Positions 26,001-32,000 of a stretch of 32,000 bases of DNA are shown piece after piece. The notes beneath the pieces are model-generated. The model was not told the DNA's origin and did no database searches. It saw only the letters and a list, made by a program, of their open reading frames with translations. This DNA comes from Gemmata obscuriglobus (GTDB lineage: Bacteria; Planctomycetota; Planctomycetia; Gemmatales; Gemmataceae), in NCBI RefSeq assembly GCF_008065095.1, contig NZ_CP042911.1, forward strand, positions 4,740,001 through 4,772,000, written 5' to 3'. The position numbers were made by a program, and so were the translations under genes. Position 1 is the stretch's first letter; each line of letters opens with the position of its first letter.

Positions 26001-27406
26001 CGATGAACCCGCCGACCGGTGGCACGGGCAACGAGAAGGGTGACGAGAGCAACGGAGAAAAGCCCGACCCGAACAACGCCGGCAAGCCCCAGGGCGGTTC
26101 CGGCAACGGCGCGCCCAAGGACAAGAAGCCCAGCGAGCAGGAACTCAAGGAGTTTGACGAAGCCGCGAAGAACCTCACTTCGCCCGACGAGCAGAAGAAG
26201 GCCGACGCCCGCAACAAGCTCGATAAGACGATGGGTCAGGAGAAGCGCAAGGAACTGGAGAAGGTGGCCAACGACCGCCAGTCGCCGGACGAGAACACCC
26301 GCAAGGACGCCGAGCGTAAGTTCGATGACTTCAAGAAGGAAGCCCAGAACGGCCCCGCCGACAAGAAGGGCGGTACCGACGGCAAGAAGAACGAGACCGG
26401 TGGTAAGCCCGGCGACGCGCCGAAACTCGACGAGAAGCAGAAGAAGGAAATGGCCGACGCCATGAAGGACCTTCAGTCCGGCAACGAGCAGCAGAAGGCC
26501 GACGCCCGCAAGAAGCTCGATAAAACCTTTGGTGAGCAGGCTCGCAAGGAGGCCGAGCAGTTCATGAACGACCTGAAGTCCGACGACAAGGACAAGCAGG
26601 CCGCCGCGCAGCAGAAGTTTGACGACTTCAAGAAGGAGATGGAGAAGCGCGCCGCGGAAGAAAACGCCAAGAAAAACGGCGAAAGCGGCAAGGGCAAAGA
26701 GCCCATCGACGATCCAAACGCGCAAAAGGACAAAGAAAGTGCGAAGGGTCAGGAGCTCTCGAAAGAGGAGCTCGACGCCCTCACGAAGAAGGCCCAGGAT
26801 CTTCAATCGAAGGACCAGAAGACCCGCGAGCAGGCCGAGAAGGAACTGGACGACAAGATCGGCAAAGAGAACCGCGAGCGCCTCCAGGAGAAGATGAAGG
26901 AGCAGCAACCCGGTACGCCCGAGCAGGAGCAGAAGCTGCGCGAACAGGTGGAGCAGCACGCGAAGAACCACGCCAACCAACCGCAAGGCACGCCCGGTAA
27001 CAGACCCGCTGGCAGCGTGCCGACCAAGGAGGCGATGGAGGAGGACGCCCGGAACCGGCTCAAGACCGCGGAGCTGCAACTGGACCAGTTCGAGAAGAAG
27101 CGGTACGACGAGGCGTTCAAGCGCAAACAGGGCTTCACCGACGCCGAGTACGAGAAGTTCCTCCGCGGCTACGAGAAGCACGTCGAGAAGCTGCGCGACG
27201 ACGTGAACAAGGGCTCCGCAAGCGGCGAGAAGGCGCCGCCGAAGGGACCGGCCGAACCCGACCGGCCGATCACGGCGGGCAGCGGCGGGAAGGTCGAAAG
27301 CCGCCCCGGTATGTCGTCCGGCACGGCGGGCACCGTCACCACCGAACCGCCGGGCTTCGAGAACCTGCGGCGCAAGTTCGAGAAGCTCCTCAACGAGAAG
27401 AAGTGA
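23009..27406 (+). CDS. Giant (1466 aa) membrane-anchored protein: 2 N-terminal TM helices, Ig-like/beta-rich region, ~500-aa K/E/P/Q/G/N disordered region, then 3 x ~100-aa helical repeats; DUF4175/TIGR02302-like architecture
   Basis: ATG 23009 is preceded by GGAGA. The TM helices are LALGALVLVAFVLAYATAVILL and LSLLGFIGALAAITYLTIV. The beta-rich part carries DDFGVDTITLKM and EYWLEATDN motifs. Low complexity runs from ~24650 to ~26120. A strong terminator follows the stop. A TATAAT hexamer lies at 22930-22935. Confidence 0.8.
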   Translation: MAAVLEPKDPTEAAAKLGSQVDEQLAQATTRIRAHDLALGALVLVAFVLAYATAVILLDKFIDLPQWLRQLSLLGFIGALAAITYLTIVTPLRKKINPLYAAKQVESTIDDAKNSVTGYVDAQQKGALNATVKAALARRAAKSVAEADVNKAVDHRSLLYLGGAAIALALTLVVLFFVFRPSQFGSLLTRAFVPFISTQVGTRTQIKLTKPEPAEPTITEGQTVTVAVHIGGKVPSTDSPERVRLLIRHNPADPNYIEVPMVEAETSRDFELRVPNHHVQNGFWYKVAAGDDQTDEYKVTVRSLPLFTHFQATYESPKYLRRKAETISSPLIQGYRGTTVTLTAQTNHDVRDGAMVIEPGGTVVPGTTTADDPKALQFRFKLKESGRYRLTYTTTDGEKSAEPFVSTIVVQNDAAPTLVIDKPEEEEVTVPANGQLAIDGKVGDDFGVDTITLKMRLTGATARDLLERPFLYGKSKSFKREKDGTYPTDVEYKGSVNFAELTKAPAGVPFEAKPDMVIEYWLEATDNCTEPKPNVGRSAVKRVRLAPPVVEEPKKQEQKQQNNERKNEEQKHNDDQQQKLEQERRDQPQNGGQQQQNGEQQPKEGEPQKGNDATPKRDGNDPMGANPPPKEKGQPNKPEGKQDGSGGKADGTPDKGSNEGNPMPKGAGEKSDNPSKGMNDAQPNPMQPNDPNGTGTGGMNQAETAPPPKTPDEKDVQNKAEQLKNAIEEENKSGGSVKPNEAPSAQERTDPGRAKPQPKNDSGNTSGMAEQKPEQKPDPMQPEKGAAASGKPEGNPEKSPEPSTTKPDGSKQPDPMSGSEPKNGAPPEPRNEPIENAPGTEKAQPQAGQSAPKEPKEANPKQDQNAGGSAKPATLKDADKPPMGAPNPGEKSDPAADAGSKAKPAPDPARGAEKPADPKGRTAPPEAKGETKPEGGEAKPDKAPPAGESKGMPPKEDAMNPGAGMGQPEAKPEPDGANQPQKPNGTRAAETKPQKPDAMNPPTGGTGNEKGDESNGEKPDPNNAGKPQGGSGNGAPKDKKPSEQELKEFDEAAKNLTSPDEQKKADARNKLDKTMGQEKRKELEKVANDRQSPDENTRKDAERKFDDFKKEAQNGPADKKGGTDGKKNETGGKPGDAPKLDEKQKKEMADAMKDLQSGNEQQKADARKKLDKTFGEQARKEAEQFMNDLKSDDKDKQAAAQQKFDDFKKEMEKRAAEENAKKNGESGKGKEPIDDPNAQKDKESAKGQELSKEELDALTKKAQDLQSKDQKTREQAEKELDDKIGKENRERLQEKMKEQQPGTPEQEQKLREQVEQHAKNHANQPQGTPGNRPAGSVPTKEAMEEDARNRLKTAELQLDQFEKKRYDEAFKRKQGFTDAEYEKFLRGYEKHVEKLRDDVNKGSASGEKAPPKGPAEPDRPITAGSGGKVESRPGMSSGTAGTVTTEPPGFENLRRKFEKLLNEKK
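26125..26960 (+). repeat. Three tandem ~297-nt (99-codon) intragenic repeats
   Basis: The protein units are L(T/Q)S.(D/N)(E/Q)..K..A..KLDK..G...RKE.E...(ND)...D......KFDDFKKE. At nucleotide level AAGGCCGACGCCCGCAACAAGCTCGATAAGAC (26198) compares with AAGGCCGACGCCCGCAAGAAGCTCGATAAAAC (26495), an offset of 297 nt. The third unit, around 26790, is more diverged. Confidence 0.75.
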
Positions 27407-27425
27407 GTTCCGCCCGTACCGGCCG

Positions 27426-27468
27426 AAAACCCCGCGGCGCATTGAGCGCCGCGGGGTTTTTGTTCTTT
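27426..27468 (+). terminator. Rho-independent terminator of the giant gene
   Basis: AAAACCCCGCGGCGC-ATTGA-GCGCCGCGGGGTTTT forms a 15-bp perfect stem, followed by TGTTCTTT. It starts 20 nt after the stop codon. Confidence 0.9.
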
Positions 27469-27527
27469 CGGTCCCCCGTTCCCCTACGCTAACTAGGGCT
27501 CTTCACACCGGCTTCACGGGTTCCGTC

Positions 27528-29147
27528 ATGTCCGCCGCGAACCGCTACCTTGTGTCCTTCGACGCGCGCGACACGTTCCACCGGTTCGCGGACGTGCTGG
27601 TCATCGGCGCGGGCATCGCGGGGCTCCGCGCCGCGCTCGAGGTCCCGCCGGACCTCTCGGTCCTCGTCGTCACCAAGGACCGCGTGACCGAGAGCAACAG
27701 CTCCTACGCGCAGGGCGGAATCGCCGGCGTGCGGTCCCCGGAAGACACCTTCGGGAACCACGTCGAAGACACCCTGGTGGCGGGCGACGGCCTGTGCAGC
27801 CGCGACGTGGTGGAAATGGTCGTCCGCGAGGCGCCGCAGCAGATCGAGAACCTGATCGCGTTCGGCACCAAGTTCGACGAGGAGAACGGGCAGCTCGCGC
27901 TCACCCGGGAGGGCGGGCACAGCCATCGGCGGATCGTTCACGCGCTGGGCGACTCCACCGGCTTCGAGATGATGCGGGCGACGATCGCCCACGCCCGCAC
28001 GCGGCCCAACATCCGCATCTGGGACGACACCTTCACGATCGACCTGCTGACCCACGACGGCGCGTGCCGCGGCGCGGTGGTGGCGCGCAACGGCCTGGGC
28101 AAACTGCTGATCTGGGCGAAGCAAACGGTTCTCGCGTCCGGCGGGTGCGGGATGGTGTACCGCGAAACTACCAACCCCTCGGTCGCCACCGGCGACGGCA
28201 TGGCCGCGGCGTACCGCGCCGGCGCCGAACTCCGCGACATGGAGTTCATGCAGTTCCACCCGACCGTGCTCTACGTCGCGGGGTCCGCCCGGTACCTTAT
28301 CAGCGAGGCGGTCCGTGGGGAGGGGGCGCACCTGCGCGACGTGAACGGCGAGCGGTTCATGCTGAAGGACGACCCGCGCCACGAACTCGCGCCGCGCGAC
28401 ATCGTCGCGCGGGCCATCTTCCGCACCATGGAGCGCACCCAGCACCCGAACGTGTACCTGGACCTCTCGCACCTGGACCCGGCGATGGTGCTGAACCGCT
28501 TCCCCGGCATCAACCGCGTGTGCAAGAGCTTCGGCCTGGACATCACGAAGGACCGCATCCCGGTGCGGCCCGGCGCGCACTACATGGTCGGCGGCGTGAC
28601 GGTCGATGCGCAGGGGCGCACAACGGTCCCCGGCCTGTGGGCCGCCGGCGAGGTCACATCGAGCGGGCTGCACGGGGCCAACCGGCTCGCCTCCAACAGC
28701 CTCATTGAGGGGCTGGTGTACGGCACGCACTGCGGGCGCGGCGCGGCGGAGGCGGTCCGGAAAATGCCCCGCGACATGACCGCCTTTCCGGTCCGATCGG
28801 TCATCCCGCCGGACGACGACGCCGGGCTCGACCTGGCCGACCTACTGGCCTCCCTCCGGGGCCTGATGGTGCGGAAGATGGGCATAGTGCGCGAGCGGGC
28901 GCGGCTGCTCGAAGCGAAAGAAGACCTGCGGTTCTGGTGCCGGTACGCGCTGAGCCGGGAGTTCGACGGCAAAGCCGGCTGGGAGCTGCAAAACCTGCTC
29001 ACGATCGCGCGGCTCATGATCGCCGCCGCCCTCACCCGCGAGGAGTCCCGCGGTACGCACTTCCGCAGCGACTTCCCCGCCCGCAACGACGCCGCCGGCT
29101 GGGACCGGCGCCACGTGGTGAGCGAGCCGTTCGTCGCGCTCGTCTGA
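27528..29147 (+). CDS. nadB: L-aspartate oxidase
   Basis: The FAD dinucleotide motif is DVLVIGAGIAGLRAAL. Also present are SNSSYAQGGIA, HSHRRIVHA, RYLISEAVRGEGA, VRPGAHYMVGGV, GANRLASNSLIEGLV and ESRGTHFR, which together are canonical NadB. Confidence 0.9.
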   Translation: MSAANRYLVSFDARDTFHRFADVLVIGAGIAGLRAALEVPPDLSVLVVTKDRVTESNSSYAQGGIAGVRSPEDTFGNHVEDTLVAGDGLCSRDVVEMVVREAPQQIENLIAFGTKFDEENGQLALTREGGHSHRRIVHALGDSTGFEMMRATIAHARTRPNIRIWDDTFTIDLLTHDGACRGAVVARNGLGKLLIWAKQTVLASGGCGMVYRETTNPSVATGDGMAAAYRAGAELRDMEFMQFHPTVLYVAGSARYLISEAVRGEGAHLRDVNGERFMLKDDPRHELAPRDIVARAIFRTMERTQHPNVYLDLSHLDPAMVLNRFPGINRVCKSFGLDITKDRIPVRPGAHYMVGGVTVDAQGRTTVPGLWAAGEVTSSGLHGANRLASNSLIEGLVYGTHCGRGAAEAVRKMPRDMTAFPVRSVIPPDDDAGLDLADLLASLRGLMVRKMGIVRERARLLEAKEDLRFWCRYALSREFDGKAGWELQNLLTIARLMIAAALTREESRGTHFRSDFPARNDAAGWDRRHVVSEPFVALV

Positions 29148-29246
29148 CAGCGCGTCCCCGAACCATAGGCCCCATCAGGGGAACATCAATCCGCGAGAGG
29201 CGGTGCCCCGTCTCGTCTGTGTCGCCTCTCTCGCGGGATGTCTCAG

Positions 29247-29831
29247 ATGAAGTTGCTCACAGTCGCAGTCACACTGGTCGCGTTCGCCGTGACTGGTCGG
29301 GCCGAGGATCAGAAGGCCCAACCGCCGGTCACACTCGAACTGGTGGCCAAAAGCAACGAGTACAAGTTCGACGGCAACGGGAAGGCGCCCGCGGAGTTCA
29401 AAAAGTACCTCGAAGAGATCGCACAGGCCCAGAAGGACGGCAAGTTGGCCCGGCCCCCTCAACCGCCGGCGGTCGAGCTGGTGCTCAAATTCACCAACAC
29501 CACCAAGAACGACACCACGATTTACGTTGGCGGCGATTCAAATTCGTACACGTTCGATCTCACCGGCGGCAGCGGATCTGTCGCGGTCGGTAGCGGGCGC
29601 GCGTTCACGGAAGAGTTCCGGTTCCCCAAAGCGGTCACCCTGGCCCCGGGCAAGTTTCACGAGATCAGGGTCAAACAACTCGCCGACGGGCACCGCGGCG
29701 CGTCCCGCTACGTGTACTGGACCGGCCCCGGCGAGTACAAGCTGAGCGCCAAATACGTTCTCGCGAACGCCGACGGCAGCAAGGGCGCCGAACTCGCGAG
29801 CGAGTCCATCACGATCACCGTCGGCAAGTGA
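29247..29831 (+). CDS. Secreted protein of unknown function, paralog A
   Basis: The signal peptide is MKLLTVAVTLVAFAVTGRA|ED. The mature ~170 aa show a beta-rich pattern. The conserved ATG is shared with paralog B; an alternative ATG is at 29238. Confidence 0.75.
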   Translation: MKLLTVAVTLVAFAVTGRAEDQKAQPPVTLELVAKSNEYKFDGNGKAPAEFKKYLEEIAQAQKDGKLARPPQPPAVELVLKFTNTTKNDTTIYVGGDSNSYTFDLTGGSGSVAVGSGRAFTEEFRFPKAVTLAPGKFHEIRVKQLADGHRGASRYVYWTGPGEYKLSAKYVLANADGSKGAELASESITITVGK

Positions 29832-29924
29832 CCGGTCAGCGCCGCCATCTTCGCGGCGCGCCCGCAATCCGCACCCACAACGGCGTCGTCTGGTCTGTGT
29901 CGCCTTCCCCGTGGAGTGCCGCAA

Positions 29925-30506
29925 ATGAAACTGCTCACAGTGACCGTTGCGCTGATCGCCTTCGCCGTGTCGGCTTCGGGAGAGGACAAGAAGGCCGAAC
30001 CCCCGGTCAAGCTGAAACTGGTCGCCAAAACCGACAAGTACAAGTTCGGCAGCGGCACAGTTCCCGCGGAGTTCAAAAAGTACCTCGAAGAGATTGCGCA
30101 GGCCCAGAAGGACGGCAAGCCGGCCCAACCACCCAAACCGCCGGCGGTCGATTTGGTGCTGGAGATCGTCAACACGAGCAAGGACGAGGTGACGATTTAC
30201 GTGGGCGGGGACGCCAACACCTGGACCTTCGACCTGACCGGCGGCGACGGCACAGTGAACCTCGGCAGCGGGCTGGCGATGACGCTGGAGTTCCGGCTAC
30301 CGAAGGCGGTGACGCTGCCCCCGGGTAAGTCTCACGAGATCCCGGTGAAGCGGTTGTCCGACGGCGCCCGCGGGGCGGGCCGGTACGTGTACTGGACCGG
30401 CCCCGGCGAGTACAAACTGAGCGCCAAGTACACGATTTCTGATAAGGACGGTGAGAAGGCCTACGAACTGAAGAGCGAGCCGGTGAAGATCACCGTCGAG
30501 AAGTAG
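29925..30506 (+). CDS. Secreted protein of unknown function, paralog B
   Basis: The signal peptide is MKLLTVTVALIAFAVSASG|ED. GGAG lies 8 nt upstream of ATG 29925. By eye it is about 60-65% identical to paralog A across the full length. Confidence 0.75.
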   Translation: MKLLTVTVALIAFAVSASGEDKKAEPPVKLKLVAKTDKYKFGSGTVPAEFKKYLEEIAQAQKDGKPAQPPKPPAVDLVLEIVNTSKDEVTIYVGGDANTWTFDLTGGDGTVNLGSGLAMTLEFRLPKAVTLPPGKSHEIPVKRLSDGARGAGRYVYWTGPGEYKLSAKYTISDKDGEKAYELKSEPVKITVEK

Positions 30507-30524
30507 CCTCGTTAGCACACCGAC

Positions 30525-30561
30525 CGGCCCGCGGGACGCTCAGGCAGTGTCCCGCGGGCCG
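30525..30561 (+). terminator. 13-bp perfect GC-rich hairpin after paralog B (terminator-like, weak T tail)
   Basis: CGGCCCGCGGGAC (30525-30537) pairs with GTCCCGCGGGCCG (30549-30561) around an 11-nt loop. CATTCATT follows. Confidence 0.5.
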
Positions 30562-30613
30562 CATTCATTGACACAAGGGCAAGGGAGACGGTACGGTAAG
30601 GTGAGGAGGGAAC

Positions 30614-31177
30614 ATGAGTACACAAGTGATGCCCTACGCGACCCTCGCGGACCTGATGAAAGTCGAAGGGAAGGCCGAACTCATCAACGGGAGGATCGTG
30701 ACCTTCATGCCCAGCGGATTTTTGCCCAGCCGCGTCGCGCGCAAGATTGTTCGCGCTCTTGAGGACTACGCAACGAGTGGCGGTCACGGTGAACCGGTTG
30801 CCGACCCGACGGGGTACGCCTTCGACCCTCCATTACCATCGGGTCGTCAATCTCTTTGCCCAGACGCATCGTTTTACACCGGCGCACTTCCCACGAACCC
30901 GATGGGGTTCATCGAAGGTTTCCCGGTCTTTGCGGTCGAGGTGCGGAGCGAGAGCGACTACGGCCCGAAGGCCGATCGCGAGTACGCGGACAAACGCGCC
31001 GATTACTTCTCAGCGGGCACGCGGGTGGTCTGGGATGTCGATCCGGTCGCACAGACGGTCACGAGTTACTCCGCCACCGCGCCGACAACATCGACGACGT
31101 TCCGACGCGGAAGCACGGCCGACGCCGAACCTGCGGTACCCGGATGGCGTCTGTCGGTTGACGCGCTATTCACTTGA
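30614..31177 (+). CDS. Uma2-family (DUF820) putative endonuclease
   Basis: KAELINGRIV..MP, PDASFY, FPVFAVEVRSESD...ADYFSAGTRVVWDVDP match the PD-(D/E)xK-like Uma2 pattern. A GAGGAGGG Shine-Dalgarno sequence precedes the ATG. Confidence 0.8.
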   Translation: MSTQVMPYATLADLMKVEGKAELINGRIVTFMPSGFLPSRVARKIVRALEDYATSGGHGEPVADPTGYAFDPPLPSGRQSLCPDASFYTGALPTNPMGFIEGFPVFAVEVRSESDYGPKADREYADKRADYFSAGTRVVWDVDPVAQTVTSYSATAPTTSTTFRRGSTADAEPAVPGWRLSVDALFT

Positions 31178-31228
31178 TTCTTGCCGGAAGTGGTGTAGTT
31201 TTACTGCGATCTGAAGAGGAATAGAACT

Positions 31229-31303
31229 GTGTCGAACGTCTCCGCTATCCTGGTTACCGCGAGCGCCGTAATTGGCGCCGTCGTGATTATTACCACCGGG
31301 TAA
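31229..31303 (+). CDS. Candidate leader peptide (24 aa, Ile/Val/Thr-rich) upstream of cimA; alternatively a hydrophobic micro-protein
   Basis: AAGAGGA (31214-31220) lies 8 nt upstream of GTG 31229. Translation is (M)SNVSAILVTASAVIGAVVIITTG with stop TAA at 31301-31303. This ORF is not in the supplied track because it is too short. Confidence 0.4.
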   Translation: MSNVSAILVTASAVIGAVVIITTG

Positions 31304-31334
31304 GCGGGGTCCGCCGAAGGTTCAGCCTTACGCA

Positions 31335-31364
31335 CCCCGGAGTTCCCTCCGGGGTTTTTCTTTT
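31335..31364 (+). terminator. Rho-independent terminator / attenuator hairpin immediately upstream of cimA
   Basis: CCCCGGAG-TTCC-CTCCGGGG forms an 8-bp perfect stem, followed by TTTTTCTTTT. It ends 22 nt before the cimA ATG. Confidence 0.75.
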
Positions 31365-31385
31365 CTGCACTCTCCCGAGTCCGCC

Positions 31386-32000
31386 ATGAGCCGCGTCAGC
31401 ATCTACGACACCACCCTCCGGGATGGGAGTCAGGGCGAAGGGGTCAACTTCTCGCTCCAGGACAAGCTGCTCCTCACGAAGCGGCTGGACGAGATCGGCG
31501 TGGAGTACATCGAGGGCGGCTACCCGCTCTCCAACCCGAAGGACTTCGAGTACTTCCAGGCGGTGCGCGGGCTGGACCTCAAACACGCCAAGGTCTGTGC
31601 GTTCGGCATGACCCGGCGAAAGAACGCGCCCGCGGAAACCGACACGTGCCTCAAGGCCCTGCTGGACGCGCACACGCCGGTCGTGACGATCGTGGGCAAA
31701 ACGTGGGACTTCCACGTCACGGAGGTGCTCGGCACCACGCTCGACGAGAACTGCGCGATGATCGCGGACTCCGTTCAATACTGCAAAGCGCAGGGCCGGG
31801 AGGTGTTCTACGACGCCGAGCACTTCTTCGACGGCTATCGCGCGAACCCGGAGTACGCACTCCGCACGCTCAAAGCCGCCGCGGGCGCCGGTGCGGCGGC
31901 GGTGATCCTTTGCGACACCAACGGGGGCACCATGCCGGAGCGCGTCGCCGAGGTGGTGGCGATCGTGACGCGGGCGTTGCCGTGTGAGGTCGGCATCCAC
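31386..32000 (+). CDS. cimA: Citramalate synthase / 2-isopropylmalate synthase family protein, CimA-type N-terminus; 3' end lies outside the window
   Basis: Hand translation of frame 3 from ATG 31386 gives MSRVSIYDTTLRDGSQGEGVNFSLQDKLLLTKRLDEIGVEYIEGGYPLSNPKDFEYF...ILCDTNGGTMP...VGIH. It is open to the window end (205 codons). It is absent from the ORF track only because no stop is present. The listed antisense ORF 31290..32000 is its shadow. Confidence 0.85.
   Translation, partial: MSRVSIYDTTLRDGSQGEGVNFSLQDKLLLTKRLDEIGVEYIEGGYPLSNPKDFEYFQAVRGLDLKHAKVCAFGMTRRKNAPAETDTCLKALLDAHTPVVTIVGKTWDFHVTEVLGTTLDENCAMIADSVQYCKAQGREVFYDAEHFFDGYRANPEYALRTLKAAAGAGAAAVILCDTNGGTMPERVAEVVAIVTRALPCEVGIH

Larger units (their letters stand above)
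29205..30510. repeat. Tandem duplication (unit ~675-678 bp) that includes a gene plus its 5' leader
   Basis: The two ORFs are collinear with offset 675. Near-identical blocks are GCGGAGTTCAAAAAGTACCTCGAAGAGAT.GC.CAGGCCCAGAAGGACGGCAAG (29391 / 30066) and TACGTGTACTGGACCGGCCCCGGCGAGTACAA (29709 / 30384). The upstream GTCTGTGTCGCCT is also duplicated (29214 / 29893). Confidence 0.9.

Noticed and set aside
23597-27442. Two very long minus-strand ORFs (584 aa and 668 aa) opposite the giant gene.
   Set aside because: The sense strand here is built from purine-rich codons (AAG, GAG, CAG, CCG, AAC, GGC), whose complements rarely form stop codons. The antisense products are monotonous L/R/G/V/F strings. 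The sense frame has TM helices, domain-like regions, regular 99-codon repeats and its own terminator.
1-32000. Searched for CRISPR arrays, tRNA/rRNA/tmRNA, transposases or integrases, prophage genes, toxin-antitoxin pairs and known defence-system hallmarks.
   Set aside because: I saw no regularly spaced direct repeats, no T-loop (GGTTCGAATCC-like) or tmRNA/SRP signatures, and no DDE, tyrosine- or serine-recombinase motifs. The Uma2 nuclease is solitary and is not flanked by recognisable partner genes.

Overview
High-GC bacterial chromosomal segment. The gene content, plus a remnant of the Gemmata-type TIGR02996 'TPRLVYAxWLDD' N-terminal domain, suggests a Gemmata-like planctomycete; this is inference, not proof. 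I can support about 25 protein genes. Housekeeping genes are hisA, nadB, a gabD-like aldehyde dehydrogenase, a LacD-family aldolase and a 3'-truncated cimA. These are mixed with conserved-hypothetical modules: a TPR-AAA+ ATPase plus TPR-polytopic membrane pair; exbB-exbD-exbD followed by a degenerate HD-GYP protein and a CPBP protease; a small Gly-rich protein, a glutathionylspermidine-synthase-family ATP-grasp and a 516-aa membrane protein; a 1466-aa membrane-anchored low-complexity giant; two tandem secreted paralogs; and a Uma2 nuclease. I found no rRNA, tRNA, CRISPR array, transposase or integrase. Many long antisense ORFs in the track are high-GC shadow ORFs. The cimA ORF (31386 to the window end) is missing from the ORF track because it has no stop in the window; I translated it by hand. 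The most interesting observations are: (1) a 24-codon Ile/Val/Thr-rich mini-ORF plus an intrinsic terminator directly upstream of cimA, which looks like an ilv-type leader-peptide attenuator; (2) the ATP-grasp, Gly-rich peptide and membrane-protein operon; (3) the tightly coupled TPR-AAA+/TPR-membrane pair; (4) ExbD paralogs with N-terminal GYF-like domains and no TonB nearby; (5) an EF-G paralog lacking the catalytic His; and (6) several very long or repeated palindromes in intergenic DNA. All functional calls rest on motif recognition by eye, and none has been checked by database search.
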